Below, one piece after another: positions 1-10,466 of a stretch of DNA of 64,000 nt. Each line of letters opens with the position of its first letter. Positions within the stretch are counted from its first letter, which is position 1. The notes below the pieces were generated by a model. It searched no databases, was not told the DNA's origin, and worked only from the letters and a program-made list of their open reading frames with translations. The DNA is from Escherichia phage vB_EcoM_FT: the sequence record MT682710.1; one strand, 5' to 3'. The position numbers and the translations under genes were made by a program.

Positions 1-60
1 AACCCGCCAGTAAAATGCCACCAGATACTAATGCAGCGCTTGTGATACCAATGAATGGAC

Positions 61-1389
61 TCATTTGATTTCCTCTAAATCTTTGGTGTATTCTGTAACT
101 ACATCAGTAGTTTTCCAATATTCGTTTTCTTCTTTTTTGGCTTTAGCTTCTTCAGCAAGTTTCTTTGCTTCGTCGGAAGTCATATGAAAAATGTTCATTC
201 CAACTAGTTTATCAACATAAGAAGAATACATATCAATTTTAGAAAGTTCTTCGGTCAGTTCTTTGCGAGTTTTACCTTGTACAACAATTTCACCTGAAAT
301 TACTTTCTTAATGAAATGTGCCTTGGCAAAAGCTAAACGAAATGCTGATTCAGTTTCTTTGATTTTGTTATCAATTCGTTTTTGGACATAAGTTTTACGA
401 ACTTCAACGAAGTCTTTGATTAAATCAACTACATTATCGTAAACTTGCAGCTTTCCTTTCTCATTAATGACGGTAATATTCTGGGAACGACGCTCAATCA
501 ACCCGAAGTCTTTCATAATTTTTGCATGGCGTTCTTCTTCATTATCGCTCAAAGAGTATTCTTTTCGGAATTTAACTTTGAAGCCAAAGCCATGCTCACC
601 ACAAGCATCATCCCATGTAATGAAGCCTTTATCTTCAAGCGGGTCTAAGATTTTACTCACATAAGTTTCACGATCATACTTATATGGAATCTCAGTGATA
701 TGCATTTGAGTTCGTGAAGTAAACTTATATGTTCCACGAATTTCATATTGCCCATCAATTTCAACGACTTCACCACGAAATTCTGGGAATTCTACCTTCG
801 GTTTAGTTACTTTCTTTCCTTGAAGAGCTTGCAGTACAGCTTTCTTGACAGAAGAAACACTATGAGGAAGAATGTAAGTTGCATAACCAGTTGCAATACC
901 GGAAACGCCATTAAGAAGAACAGTAGGAATAATAGGCAAATAGAAAGCAGGCGGAATGTGTTCTTTATCTTGATGTACTGGAGCATATTCAGTATCTTTA
1001 TATACGTTATAGAAATTTTTACTTACACGAGCAAAAATATAACGACTTGCTGCTGCCTTTTGGACAGTACGAGAACCAAAGTTTCCTTGACCGTCTAACA
1101 GAGGAAAGTTATTATTCCAAGTGTTAGCCATCAAAGCACCTGCGTCTTGCGCAGAGTTTTCACCATGATGATATCCAAGGTCCGCTACACCGCCTGCGAT
1201 AGAAGCGAGTTTGTGAAACTTATCTTTATTTCCTCGTGCCAAATCAAGAGCTCGAGCAATAACAAATCGTTGAACTGGCTTAAATCCGTCAATCATATTT
1301 GGAATGGCACGATTTTCAACCGTGTACATAGCATAAGCCAATGCTTCATTATCAATGATACTTTTTAAATCACGATTATTCAGTTGCAT
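61..1389 (-). CDS. 52: DNA topoisomerase II medium subunit (gp52)
   Basis: 442-aa ORF recognised as T-even gp52 (GyrA/ParC-like); same length as T4 gp52. Confidence 0.9.
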   Translation of the reverse strand: MQLNNRDLKSIIDNEALAYAMYTVENRAIPNMIDGFKPVQRFVIARALDLARGNKDKFHKLASIAGGVADLGYHHGENSAQDAGALMANTWNNNFPLLDGQGNFGSRTVQKAAASRYIFARVSKNFYNVYKDTEYAPVHQDKEHIPPAFYLPIIPTVLLNGVSGIATGYATYILPHSVSSVKKAVLQALQGKKVTKPKVEFPEFRGEVVEIDGQYEIRGTYKFTSRTQMHITEIPYKYDRETYVSKILDPLEDKGFITWDDACGEHGFGFKVKFRKEYSLSDNEEERHAKIMKDFGLIERRSQNITVINEKGKLQVYDNVVDLIKDFVEVRKTYVQKRIDNKIKETESAFRLAFAKAHFIKKVISGEIVVQGKTRKELTEELSKIDMYSSYVDKLVGMNIFHMTSDEAKKLAEEAKAKKEENEYWKTTDVVTEYTKDLEEIK

Positions 1390-1526
1390 AAATTTACCAT
1401 ACTAGTGAATGTAGTGCCATAATAACATCAGAAATGAAAAGCACGACTTGAATTAATCCGAACATTATTCCGTAATATAATGCTATCAATAAAATAGCAA
1501 GGGCTAATGAATAGCCCAAGATTTTC

Positions 1527-1685
1527 TTAATCATTAGTAGATAACAACACAAATGTTAAATATGCACACATACCCTGAGCTAAAGCTTGCGAAAACACAC
1601 TGCTGGCATCAATACAGATAGTTAAAACACATGCTACTATCCAACAAATAAATGAAATAACTCCTAATAATTTTGCGATATTCAT
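1527..1685 (-). CDS. small hydrophobic membrane protein (about 52 aa), position of T4 ac/52.1
   Basis: hand-translated ORF MNIAKLLGVISFICWIVACVL...; followed by hairpin gggcta..tagccc; too short for ORF track. Confidence 0.3.
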   Translation of the reverse strand: MNIAKLLGVISFICWIVACVLTICIDASSVFSQALAQGMCAYLTFVLLSTND

Positions 1686-1772
1686 ATTTTCCTCACTGGC
1701 GTCCGAAGACGCCTTTAGTTTTAAGATTATTACGATAAAACTGCATCACGTGTTCGTTGTGGAAATTACTCA

Positions 1773-2231
1773 TTAATATGCCTGCAAAACGAATTTAAAA
1801 TTATCAGCCAACATACGGTTCATTTCTTCAAGTGTTTGATACTCAGAATGATGATTACGAGTAAACGCTAAAGCTAACTGTCCTTTTCCAAATCCCGTCG
1901 TCAGAGGTTTCATCTTAGAAGCAGGCAGATAAAATACTGTGTATACCATATTGTTATTTGCAATAGTACGTGCAAGCTGAGACCGACGTTGACGAATATG
2001 ACTTAGAACTGCACTGAATCCTTGCTTAGAACGCTGATTACCTACATAAAATCGTGCAGACACACATGGATTACTAAATGGACGACCATCTAATTTACTT
2101 ACTAAAAAGTAAAATCCAGGTTTAGATAAAATATCTTTATGCGGAGTTCCCAAAAACCACTCACCACCCTTGATTGTACCAATAACAGTTGCGCCTGCAT
2201 TGTTCAGATCAGTAACAGTCATGTATTTCAT
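1773..2231 (-). CDS. ndd: nucleoid disruption protein Ndd
   Basis: 152-aa [36 protein letters not shown] recognised as T4 Ndd; correct position between 52 and denB. Confidence 0.85.
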
Positions 2232-2290
2232 TTTAATTTCCTCTAATTATTTTCTACTCCAAGGCCGCATGAATACACGCGGCCATTAAA

Positions 2291-2506
2291 TTAATCGTCA
2301 CAGTCGACGCTCAATTCCCAAAACTCTTCTACAGTATAAGTTTCAGTATCATTTTCAATACAGAAACGTTCATTACTGTTATTTACTAAAGTAGCGTTAA
2401 CTGTCATTTTCTCGCTGGTGCTCTTAAGAGGCGAAATACGAATTAACTGATCACCGTTATCTAAACAAAAAATTTCACCAACTTTTACATCTTTAAAGAT
2501 TTTCAT
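2291..2506 (-). CDS. hypothetical protein (ndd.1 position)
   Basis: 71-aa ORF, minus strand, compact packing. Confidence 0.5.
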   Translation of the reverse strand: MKIFKDVKVGEIFCLDNGDQLIRISPLKSTSEKMTVNATLVNNSNERFCIENDTETYTVEEFWELSVDCDD

Positions 2507-2825
2507 AATTCACCTCAAGGAGTATAAAATCCGAATGCAGTTGTTGACCATCCCATCCAATATGGAAAATTTGCACCAATGTAAAACATAAGAATATAAA
2601 ACCAACCGCTCAACAAATTCATCATTTTACACCATTCCAAATTGTTTCAACTACGGATTTTAAGCCATTTTGATGAATATCCATTCCGACTACCGCCATC
2701 AAATAGATTCCAACTACAACTGAACCTAAGGCAAAAATCAGCATAAAAATGAATAAAGCCGGAAAATATTATCGAAAAACCATTCAATAAATGTAAAAGC
2801 ACTGCGTTTACGCTTCATATTTTCC

Positions 2826-2939
2826 TCACATAAATCCAAAGTAAACGTTTAATACATCAATCATTAAAACGATTGGGAATATACTCAAAACTATTAGTAT
2901 TATAACTACATTCCATATAGCTTTAACAATCTTTTTCAT
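2826..2939 (-). CDS. small hydrophobic protein (37 aa)
   Basis: internal ATG of track ORF 2826..3074 preceded by GGAGG and an early promoter; the longer track ORF would start inside the promoter. Confidence 0.35.
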   Translation of the reverse strand: MKKIVKAIWNVVIILIVLSIFPIVLMIDVLNVYFGFM

Positions 2940-2967
2940 TTTCTGTTCCTCCGTAGTTGATAGGGTA

Positions 2968-2997
2968 ATAGTACCACGGAAGAACAGTCTTGTAAAC
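2968..2997 (-). promoter_or_regulatory. early sigma70-type promoter (GTTTAC-N18-TACTAT)
   Basis: read on minus strand; followed by conserved leader with GGAGG. Confidence 0.55.
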
Positions 2998-3182
2998 AAC
3001 TTTTTTAAAAATATTCGTAATAAATGTGAATACCAACTACTACCGCTGAAACCTGTGCAACCCACCACGCACAAGCAATAAGTACAGAATTCATAATTTT
3101 CATAATAACCTCATTACAAAAGTAAATGTTAAACAAATTACTGGAATACTAATTAACCAAACAAAACACCACCATAGTGAAC

Positions 3183-3446
3183 TCATAGCTCAATCTCAGC
3201 GATTTTCATTTCATTACTATTAATAGCCGCTTTAAGACTATCTGAAAGAATTACATTCCAATGGTCATTCATATGACCACTAACTAAGCGTGTAATTTCT
3301 TCGGGAGTTGAAAAATAAGGCGTATCAGACTCCCAATGCGATAATCCTAAGCGAGTATAAATCATACCTTCATCATCGCTAGAATATTCAACTGACACAA
3401 ACTCATCAGTTATTTTATGTTTAGCGTAATAAAATTTAAATTTCAT
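3183..3446 (-). CDS. hypothetical protein
   Basis: 87-aa ORF with GGAGG RBS and dedicated early promoter copy upstream. Confidence 0.55.
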   Translation of the reverse strand: MKFKFYYAKHKITDEFVSVEYSSDDEGMIYTRLGLSHWESDTPYFSTPEEITRLVSGHMNDHWNVILSDSLKAAINSNEMKIAEIEL

Positions 3447-3474
3447 TTTCCGCTCCTCCGTAGTTGATAGTTGT

Positions 3475-3504
3475 ATAGTACCACAGTATGCTTTGGTTGT
3501 AAAC
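3475..3504 (-). promoter_or_regulatory. early sigma70-type promoter (GTTTAC-N18-TACTAT)
   Basis: upstream A/T-rich UP-like tract ttttcacaaa; leader caactatcaactacggagga. Confidence 0.6.
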
Positions 3505-3520
3505 AGTTTTGTGAAAATTT

Positions 3521-4078
3521 TTAAATGGAAAGATACCAGCCGTTGTAATTGCTTTTTCTTACAACCTTACGAAGGTCTTCTCTATCACCGATGAACTTCG
3601 GAGTGTACTGGATGACACCTGGATGAATTTCTTTAGTGTTGAATATAATTATACAGTCAGCGACTTGATGATTTAGAATGGGCCCTAGATTTATTCCAGA
3701 ACCATATGGATACTCTCCGCTGCATCCCGTTGTTACCGAAATCCAACGCGAGTCAGTTTGATGTGTCTTAACTTCTACACGGAGCCCACAGTATTTTGGA
3801 TGTGCCAAAACATCCCATGCATATGTGTACGGATCATCGACATCTTCTTGACCTTTGTTAACATATCCACTCAACCAATCTGCTACCACATACTCGGCAT
3901 ACACAGCAATACGGCATCTTTCGATAACTTCTGCCTTATCCTGATTTGGGTTTTGTTTTAAAGAGTATCTTGCAGTATCAGCAATTTTGGCCTTCATTTC
4001 ACTAGTCAAGTCACTGTTAGATAGTGTAAATGACGGAATCTGAAATAGTCTCTGCAAACCCGGATTCGTTTTCTGCAT
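3521..4078 (-). CDS. denB: endonuclease IV (DenB)
   Basis: 185-aa ORF recognised as T4 DenB; conserved position next to rIIB. Confidence 0.85.
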   Translation of the reverse strand: MQKTNPGLQRLFQIPSFTLSNSDLTSEMKAKIADTARYSLKQNPNQDKAEVIERCRIAVYAEYVVADWLSGYVNKGQEDVDDPYTYAWDVLAHPKYCGLRVEVKTHQTDSRWISVTTGCSGEYPYGSGINLGPILNHQVADCIIIFNTKEIHPGVIQYTPKFIGDREDLRKVVRKSNYNGWYLSI

Positions 4079-4122
4079 TTAAACTTTCCTTTATGTCGGA
4101 ATCATAATTTCTCTTAAAACAA

Positions 4123-4138
4123 AAGGGCCGAAGCCCTT
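4123..4138 (-). terminator. GC stem-loop with UUCG-type tetraloop on transcript (intercistronic hairpin/terminator)
   Basis: aagggccgaagccctt; T-run follows on minus strand. Confidence 0.55.
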
Positions 4139-4141
4139 ATT

Positions 4142-4336
4142 TTATTTGAATTGTGCAATTCTTTTCTCTAGACATTCAGCATAAGATTTCATTGAGATGA
4201 ATTGTGAAAGCAGCAGTTCTTGCTCAACTGCACTAACCGTTAGAAACTTTGTGCTTTCTAAAAATTTGCTCAGTGCATTAATTTTGAGCATTAATTGATC
4301 GTATTCTTCTTTTACTCGTGCTTGATAACCTAACAT
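4142..4336 (-). CDS. hypothetical protein
   Basis: 64-aa ORF flanked on both sides by gggccgaagccc hairpins. Confidence 0.45.
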   Translation of the reverse strand: MLGYQARVKEEYDQLMLKINALSKFLESTKFLTVSAVEQELLLSQFISMKSYAECLEKRIAQFK

Positions 4337-4350
4337 AATTTTCCTTAGTT

Positions 4351-4366
4351 AAGGGCCGAAGCCCTT
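4351..4366 (-). terminator. GC stem-loop with UUCG-type tetraloop
   Basis: aagggccgaagccctt between rIIB and upstream ORF. Confidence 0.5.
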
Positions 4367-5303
4367 ATTTAAATTGCTCAGTAACGTCTTCAACTACTTC
4401 GTATTGGCAGGTACGCATTTTAGCATCGTTGTAATCAATCGGAATTGATACTACATCACGCGGATGTACTTTAACTTTTACAACTCGGCTAGTTGAACTA
4501 CCAAAGTGACGAATATAAGATTTAGAACACACATGCAGACCACGAGAACAAGTTTGTGTATCATCGTCATTCACACGAGTACGTGGCATTTTAACTACTT
4601 TACCAGGACTGTTATCAAAGGTGTTTGAGTGACAGTCAAAGTAATTGCTGCGAACTACTTTCCAAGCATAGAAGTAACCATCTTCTGTAATTTCAATATC
4701 GTTTGCTACCAAGAAATCAAAGAGTCGAGATACCGCTTTCTGGCTTGGGTTTTCCAGCAGATTTTCCAAGAACGGAAAATAAAATTCAAAGTTTTCGCCT
4801 TTTTCCATCGAGTCAAGAATACGATCAACCAAACCAGACCGCAATTCAATATTTTGATAGAATAAGCTTCCACCTTCAATTCGAACATCGCCGGAAATAT
4901 ATTTTTCAACAGCGCGACGAACATTAATTTTTTGTGCCGCTTCTTCTAACTTATCTGCTACGAGCAGATTAAGAATTTCCTGGAAGTTTGAATGTGTATT
5001 AGGAGTTGCGTTATAAGTTACACCGTCAACAGTAATTGAAATGAATTTTTTAGAAGCATTCCAAATAATGTCAGATTTAGCAACTGGAGCAATAATTGCA
5101 TCGCTATTAACTTTAACTGTAATATCACCGCTAATAGTAACTTTAGAGCGTTTAGCTTCTTCAGCATTTTTCAAAACACGACGGATTGTGTCAACCGATA
5201 CACCTTGCCAATCAGCCAATTCCTGTTGGGTGTAATTACCACTTGAATACAATTTAACAATTTCAGCTTGTTCGTTTTTGGTCAGGCATTTAATATTGTA
5301 CAT
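4365..5303 (-). CDS. rIIB: rIIB membrane-associated protein
   Basis: 312-aa ORF recognised as T4 rIIB, same length. Confidence 0.95.
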   Translation of the reverse strand: MYNIKCLTKNEQAEIVKLYSSGNYTQQELADWQGVSVDTIRRVLKNAEEAKRSKVTISGDITVKVNSDAIIAPVAKSDIIWNASKKFISITVDGVTYNATPNTHSNFQEILNLLVADKLEEAAQKINVRRAVEKYISGDVRIEGGSLFYQNIELRSGLVDRILDSMEKGENFEFYFPFLENLLENPSQKAVSRLFDFLVANDIEITEDGYFYAWKVVRSNYFDCHSNTFDNSPGKVVKMPRTRVNDDDTQTCSRGLHVCSKSYIRHFGSSTSRVVKVKVHPRDVVSIPIDYNDAKMRTCQYEVVEDVTEQFK

Positions 5304-5314
5304 AATTTTCCTTA

Positions 5315-7492
5315 TTAGGCCGCAAGGGCCTTCATAGTTTTAGCGATTTGGGAAACTTCATCATCACTTAAAGAGTTGCGATAACCGATGAAGTCGGAAA
5401 CAATACGGAATTTCTTGGTAAACTCAGCAACCATTTTATCACTGTTTTTTGAAGCATTATTTGATAATACATCAAAAAGATTAGTTACTGTCCAGATGTC
5501 ATGACCGATGGTATCTTTTCCACCATTAAAATATACACCGCGCAATGAACTAACTATATTAGCGAGTCGTGTATATTCTTCAGAAACTTCATCTGTACTG
5601 AAGTACTTCATCATAAAATCTAGTTCAGGATACTTGATAATTTTATCAATATATCGTTGAGCTGAACTTGAATAACCTACATACTTATCATAATCTACAT
5701 CATCAAAAGCATCTACATATAAATCACGCAAAGCTTCAAAAATACATTGGCACTGACCGAGCTCTTTTACCTTTTTCTGCAAAAGCGGACGAATAACATA
5801 AAATTCATTAATGCCAATAAGATTAGCCATACGAATCAAAATATTCATAGATGGATGACAAAGTGATGTAGTACCATCCATAGAGAAAATATCAGAACGA
5901 TGCATATACGCTACATAACCAGTAATTTCATCTGCTTCTGACGTAAGTGTAAATAGTTCCTCTTTTTCCCATCGCCCATCTTTAATTTCAAATTTAAATG
6001 CTGTAGCAGCTTTAGGACGAGGAGCTTTACTTTTAACTACCTTTGGAATATAGCTTTTAACCAAAGCTTCAATTTCTGACAAATAATGAATGTTAACTTC
6101 ATCACTTTCAAACATTGCCATAATATCAGGTAGTAAATCAATCTGCGATTCTACTTCCGGATTAATAAACAGAAGACGCTCATTGTGATGAATATTTAAA
6201 GTGTTATTAAATTCACTATCATCTAACGCATGTGCTAATCCACGGACAATATTAACACGATTTTTAATATTATCAATAACGATATTAATTTTTGCTGTAT
6301 TAATACCAAACAGACGATAACTTGATGCAACAGCTGAAGTTTCATGACTTTGCTTAATGCGTTTCAGTCGAGGGTCAAGATTTACTTCATACACAACCCC
6401 TGCATTGCATAACTTACTGTCAGGTTCAAACATGCTCTGCATCTTCTTATATGACAGATTTTTAGTCGTGAATTTGACTGAATTACTAATCATATAATCT
6501 CGAGCAGAATACCCCATCTTCATCAATTCACGATATGTGTGACGAGGAGACGTAGATTCTTTAAATCGTTTTACATCTTCATTAAATGCCTTTTCACTGA
6601 GTTCTTTAACACGCTCAATAATATTTTTACGAGTACGATCGTCTAATGAAAGAGCTTCGCGTGATGGAGCAATATCAAGCGAACCCATTGGAAATTTAAT
6701 GTAATTCACTTCATTGCGAATGCTTAACCAGTTACGGTCTCTAATAACACCATCGATAGGATAAACGATACCGCCGTAGATAGCATATAATCCACCACGA
6801 TCAGGCCAGTATCTTTCTGGATTTACACCGTAATAGTCATCAAAATCCGGAAAATAATCAATTTCGCGGTCAAGACCATTAATGATAGCCAAATCTTTGA
6901 ATGGTCGCATGATATAAGAAACTTCATAAGCAAAGTTTCTAAAGTCTTTTTCTTCAACTGGAACTACGATTTCAATACCAGTTTTATCATCTGGACCCAT
7001 TTCTTTTACGAATGTAGGTTTAATTTGTGGACCATCGCCATCCATGTAAGCTACATAACCACGAATTTCACCTTTATGGTATGAAGTAATACTAAACGTA
7101 TCAGTATAACTAAACGGAGATTTAGAACCTAAACCAAATCCACCAATGAAATCATTAGATTCAGCCTTAGATGAACTGAAGTATGAATTATACAGCCCAG
7201 GAGAATTATCATCACCCTGAATATCAAAATCGCTCATACCCGGACCAAAATCTCGGCAAACAAATCGCGGATCTAATCGTCCTGGAACTTGAATGATAAA
7301 TTTTTCAGGATTTCCATTGAGAGCATGGGCATCAATCATGTTGGTAATCAATTCACGGACTACTGCACGAATCTTGTTTGTATACAAATCAGATGACAGA
7401 ATTTTAAATACTTTAGGAGATGCTGTGATGCTAAATGCTTTTGATTTAGAACCATTACCAAGAATTGTTTCTTTTTCAGTGGTGATAATCAT
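5315..7492 (-). CDS. rIIA: rIIA membrane-associated protein
   Basis: 725-aa ORF recognised as T4 rIIA, same length. Confidence 0.95.
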   Translation of the reverse strand: MIITTEKETILGNGSKSKAFSITASPKVFKILSSDLYTNKIRAVVRELITNMIDAHALNGNPEKFIIQVPGRLDPRFVCRDFGPGMSDFDIQGDDNSPGLYNSYFSSSKAESNDFIGGFGLGSKSPFSYTDTFSITSYHKGEIRGYVAYMDGDGPQIKPTFVKEMGPDDKTGIEIVVPVEEKDFRNFAYEVSYIMRPFKDLAIINGLDREIDYFPDFDDYYGVNPERYWPDRGGLYAIYGGIVYPIDGVIRDRNWLSIRNEVNYIKFPMGSLDIAPSREALSLDDRTRKNIIERVKELSEKAFNEDVKRFKESTSPRHTYRELMKMGYSARDYMISNSVKFTTKNLSYKKMQSMFEPDSKLCNAGVVYEVNLDPRLKRIKQSHETSAVASSYRLFGINTAKINIVIDNIKNRVNIVRGLAHALDDSEFNNTLNIHHNERLLFINPEVESQIDLLPDIMAMFESDEVNIHYLSEIEALVKSYIPKVVKSKAPRPKAATAFKFEIKDGRWEKEELFTLTSEADEITGYVAYMHRSDIFSMDGTTSLCHPSMNILIRMANLIGINEFYVIRPLLQKKVKELGQCQCIFEALRDLYVDAFDDVDYDKYVGYSSSAQRYIDKIIKYPELDFMMKYFSTDEVSEEYTRLANIVSSLRGVYFNGGKDTIGHDIWTVTNLFDVLSNNASKNSDKMVAEFTKKFRIVSDFIGYRNSLSDDEVSQIAKTMKALAA

Positions 7493-7502
7493 AATTTCCT
7501 CA

Positions 7503-7706
7503 TTAATTTATATTACGCTTAATAACTTCAGCAACTTCTAGTAGTTCATCTTTAGTTGCGGTGTCGGATTGAATTTTATCTCTAATATCCTTAAAGCGGT
7601 TTTTAAATTCTTCGGCTTCTCCCATATCGAAAAAGCGTTGAATGATTCTATATTCTCGATGAACTGCTTTATCAAAAAGTTCTAAATTTACTTTATATGA
7701 TTTCAT
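7503..7706 (-). CDS. hypothetical protein (rIIA.1 position)
   Basis: 67-aa ORF immediately upstream of rIIA. Confidence 0.55.
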   Translation of the reverse strand: MKSYKVNLELFDKAVHREYRIIQRFFDMGEAEEFKNRFKDIRDKIQSDTATKDELLEVAEVIKRNIN

Positions 7707-7731
7707 TCCAATATCCTCATTTGCCCAATTA

Positions 7732-7761
7732 ATTATACCACATCCTTGTGGTAAAGTAAAC
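7732..7761 (-). promoter_or_regulatory. early promoter upstream of rIIA.1/rIIA (GTTTAC-N18-TATAAT)
   Basis: -35 overlaps gene 39 stop codon. Confidence 0.55.
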
Positions 7762-9578
7762 TACTGGCTCATCCATTCTTTACGAAGGTCAGCATTATCT
7801 CCCATGAGCATTTCAAAAAGCTCTTTCCAGTTCTCAGGAAGTTTAACAACATCATATACTGGGTTTTGAATCATCTCACGATATTCAGATTTTTCCAAAG
7901 AGCCAAGTCCCTTAATATAACGGATGCTATGTTTAGGTAGAGCATCTTTAGCACTCTCATATTCAGCGACTGTATAAAACCATTCTTGTTTTTTACCGAC
8001 CTGAGCGATGATTACAGGAGTTTTGACAAAACGAATTCGTCCTTGCTCAAACAATTCTGGCCAATTACTAAAAAATCCGAGCAGAGAAGGATAAATGCTT
8101 CCTAGACCATCATGGTCAGCATCAGTCATAATAGCAATATTATGATAATTCAAGTTTTCAGCTTTTTCACCAAGAACTAATCCAGTGATTGCGCAAATAT
8201 CAAATAGTTCTTTGTTTTTAAGCATATCAGCATATGACATACCCCAACTGTTGAGAACTTTACCACGTAATGGATAACCACCATGAAGTTCTTTATCACG
8301 AACATCAATAAGATATCCGATAGCCGAATCACCCTCAGTCAAGAAAAGAGTAGTGTCAGCATCTTTACCACAAAGATTCGCTTTGATATGTTTATGAACC
8401 TTAGCTTTAGAAGCCTTTTTAGCTGCTTTAGTTTCTGCTGCTTTTTCTGCCGCCAATTTACGAGCTAATGCTGCTTCAATAATCGGCATTAAAATTGCTT
8501 CATTATTCAAAATAGCACGTGAAATCTTTTTAGCATCAAGTTGAATATGACTACGGATTTCACCAAATGGAGAAGTCAAACGCTCTTTAGTTTGAGAATC
8601 AAATCGCATGTTTTTCATATCACGAACAAACATAACGATAGTCAAACATTCTTTAACGCGTGCTTTAGTTACATCAATTTTGAACTTGCGTTTGATTTGT
8701 GGAATAAGGTCTTCACAAATATCATCCATAACACAGTCAATGTGATGGCCACCATTCTTAGTGTGAATGTTATTCACATAAGTTAATTGACGAAAACCGT
8801 CGGGTGAACGACCAACCGCAATAGAACAATTTTCTTGTTCTTGAACGATAGCATGTTCATCATACTGTCGTGCATATTTCTTAAAATTGCCCTGAACCTT
8901 TTTACCATTAAAGGTAAATTGAATATCAGGATAAACTACTGCAAGTGTCTGGAGACGATCTAGTGTAATGTCAAGATAAACTTGGGACAGTTCATTAGTT
9001 TCAAATGACATAAAATCAGGAATGAAAGTAACACGTGTTCCTTTCCATTTTCCAGGAATAGTTTCCCATGATTTATTTTCCATGCCATTTGAACAACGAA
9101 CTACAATATTATTTTGACCGTCGCCAGTTTCACCGACAAACATCACAGAAAAAATGTTTGTCAAACTAGAACCAACACCGTTCATACCGCCAGTGACGCG
9201 TTCTTTATCATCACCGAAGTTACCACCTGCTTTTGGAATAGTCCATGCAGCAACAGGACCAGGAATTTCTTCACCTGTAGGTGTTTTAACCATCGCCTGT
9301 GGAATACCACGACCGTTATCTTCAACTGTTACTTGATTGTTTTTAATAGTAACATTAATTTTATTTGCGAATTTAAACTTAGTACGAATACCTTCATCTA
9401 CTGAGTTATCGATAATTTCATCAATAAGCTTAACAAGACCAGGTACATACTGAACACTTTCCCATTTACCAAACAGAAAGCGCTCATGCATTTCATTAGC
9501 AGAAGAGCCAATATACATGCCGCTACGCTTTTTGATATGTTCAATATCGCTCAGAATTTTAATTTCATTCTTAATCAT
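7761..9578 (-). CDS. 39: DNA topoisomerase II large subunit, uninterrupted (covers T4 gp39 plus gp60)
   Basis: 605 codons from ATG at 9578; GyrB-like ATPase N-terminus MIKNEIKILSDIEHIKKRSGMYIGS; single continuous frame. Confidence 0.9.
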   Translation of the reverse strand: MIKNEIKILSDIEHIKKRSGMYIGSSANEMHERFLFGKWESVQYVPGLVKLIDEIIDNSVDEGIRTKFKFANKINVTIKNNQVTVEDNGRGIPQAMVKTPTGEEIPGPVAAWTIPKAGGNFGDDKERVTGGMNGVGSSLTNIFSVMFVGETGDGQNNIVVRCSNGMENKSWETIPGKWKGTRVTFIPDFMSFETNELSQVYLDITLDRLQTLAVVYPDIQFTFNGKKVQGNFKKYARQYDEHAIVQEQENCSIAVGRSPDGFRQLTYVNNIHTKNGGHHIDCVMDDICEDLIPQIKRKFKIDVTKARVKECLTIVMFVRDMKNMRFDSQTKERLTSPFGEIRSHIQLDAKKISRAILNNEAILMPIIEAALARKLAAEKAAETKAAKKASKAKVHKHIKANLCGKDADTTLFLTEGDSAIGYLIDVRDKELHGGYPLRGKVLNSWGMSYADMLKNKELFDICAITGLVLGEKAENLNYHNIAIMTDADHDGLGSIYPSLLGFFSNWPELFEQGRIRFVKTPVIIAQVGKKQEWFYTVAEYESAKDALPKHSIRYIKGLGSLEKSEYREMIQNPVYDVVKLPENWKELFEMLMGDNADLRKEWMSQ

Positions 9579-9600
9579 CACTTATCCTCGTTTGGTTTCG

Positions 9601-9647
9601 GGAATATTATACTCCAATAATCATAAAGCTAAAGGCCCGAAGGCCTT
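9601..9647 (-). promoter_or_regulatory. candidate middle (MotA-type) promoter upstream of gene 39
   Basis: minus strand aGCTTTA box about 12 nt before TATAAT, directly after hairpin 9631..9647. Confidence 0.4.
9631..9647 (-). terminator. GC stem-loop with UUCG-type tetraloop
   Basis: aaaggcccgaaggccttt. Confidence 0.5.
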
Positions 9648-9917
9648 TTATTTAAAACGAATAGTCGAATCCTTGAAGAATAGACCAGAACATACTGTTC
9701 CTTCTACTTTCTGCCCAGTAGGTCCAATAGCACGAAATCCAGTATGCTGGAAATCATTTTCAGAGCAACCAAACCAATTGTATCCAGTGATTTCAATATT
9801 AGTAAAACCACTTGAAGACAAAACTTTGGTTGCATTATCAGCATCAGTACATCCTACTAAAGATACTGCTAATACTAATGCTGCAATAGAACGATTAATA
9901 TATTTCATAATTTTCAC
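9648..9917 (-). CDS. putative lipoprotein
   Basis: 89-aa ORF with signal peptide and lipobox LVGC. Confidence 0.5.
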   Translation of the reverse strand: MKIMKYINRSIAALVLAVSLVGCTDADNATKVLSSSGFTNIEITGYNWFGCSENDFQHTGFRAIGPTGQKVEGTVCSGLFFKDSTIRFK

Positions 9918-10285
9918 TTAAATTTAATGGCTTGAAGAAGACTAATAATTCTCAAACGGCTTCTTTCATCTTTAACTGTAAAAGAAAGAGGGTCGCCAGA
10001 TTTCATAGTAATAGTGCATTCAAAATCAAAATCTTCTGTGACTTCTTCGAAGAAGTCAAATTCTTCATCATAAATTAGAACATTACTCTGAAAACTGTGA
10101 AGAATTTTTCCATCATTTCCAGATGCTGTACCAATCATTGTAACATTATTACCTTTCATATCTTCAACGATAAATTCGTTTGTCAATATTACAGCATTAA
10201 TAGAACCATTCCTATAAATAGCAGAAAATAGATATTTCTTTTCTTCACCTTCGCGAATACGATACTTCTTACCGATTTTAAACAT
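9914..10285 (-). CDS. hypothetical protein
   Basis: 123-aa ORF, overlapping coupling with neighbours. Confidence 0.5.
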   Translation of the reverse strand: MFKIGKKYRIREGEEKKYLFSAIYRNGSINAVILTNEFIVEDMKGNNVTMIGTASGNDGKILHSFQSNVLIYDEEFDFFEEVTEDFDFECTITMKSGDPLSFTVKDERSRLRIISLLQAIKFK

Positions 10286-10287
10286 AA

Positions 10288-10464
10288 TTATCCCTTAAGT
10301 AAGTCGTAAAATCCACCATTCACATGCTTAGGGGCAGAGACTAACCGAATAGCAATCCGATGACAATCAGGACATACATCAGTATCTCTTTCAGAAATTT
10401 TCTTGATTTTTTCGTATTCTTTTGCGCAGTCTTTGGATTGACATTTATAATCATAAAGCGGCAT
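10288..10464 (-). CDS. FmdB-like zinc-ribbon protein (58 aa)
   Basis: hand-translated MPLYDYKCQSKDCAKEYEKIKKISERDTDVCPDCH...; CxxC-x17-CxxC; fills the gap exactly between flanking ORFs. Confidence 0.5.
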   Translation of the reverse strand: MPLYDYKCQSKDCAKEYEKIKKISERDTDVCPDCHRIAIRLVSAPKHVNGGFYDLLKG

Positions 10465-10466
10465 AA

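Noticed and set aside
445-1368. Plus-strand track ORFs antisense to gene 52, and similar plus-strand ORFs elsewhere (e.g. 3758..3961, 8283..9404, 36368..36784)
   Set aside because: All lie antisense within well-supported minus-strand genes, lack RBS and have low-complexity products; treated as chance ORFs. The only plus-strand ORF kept is 22707..22907, which occupies an otherwise empty gap and has a strong RBS.
7761-9581. Possible programmed translational bypass (gene 60-type) in the topoisomerase gene
   Set aside because: The frame is continuous through the region corresponding to the T4 39/60 junction, so no bypass is required.
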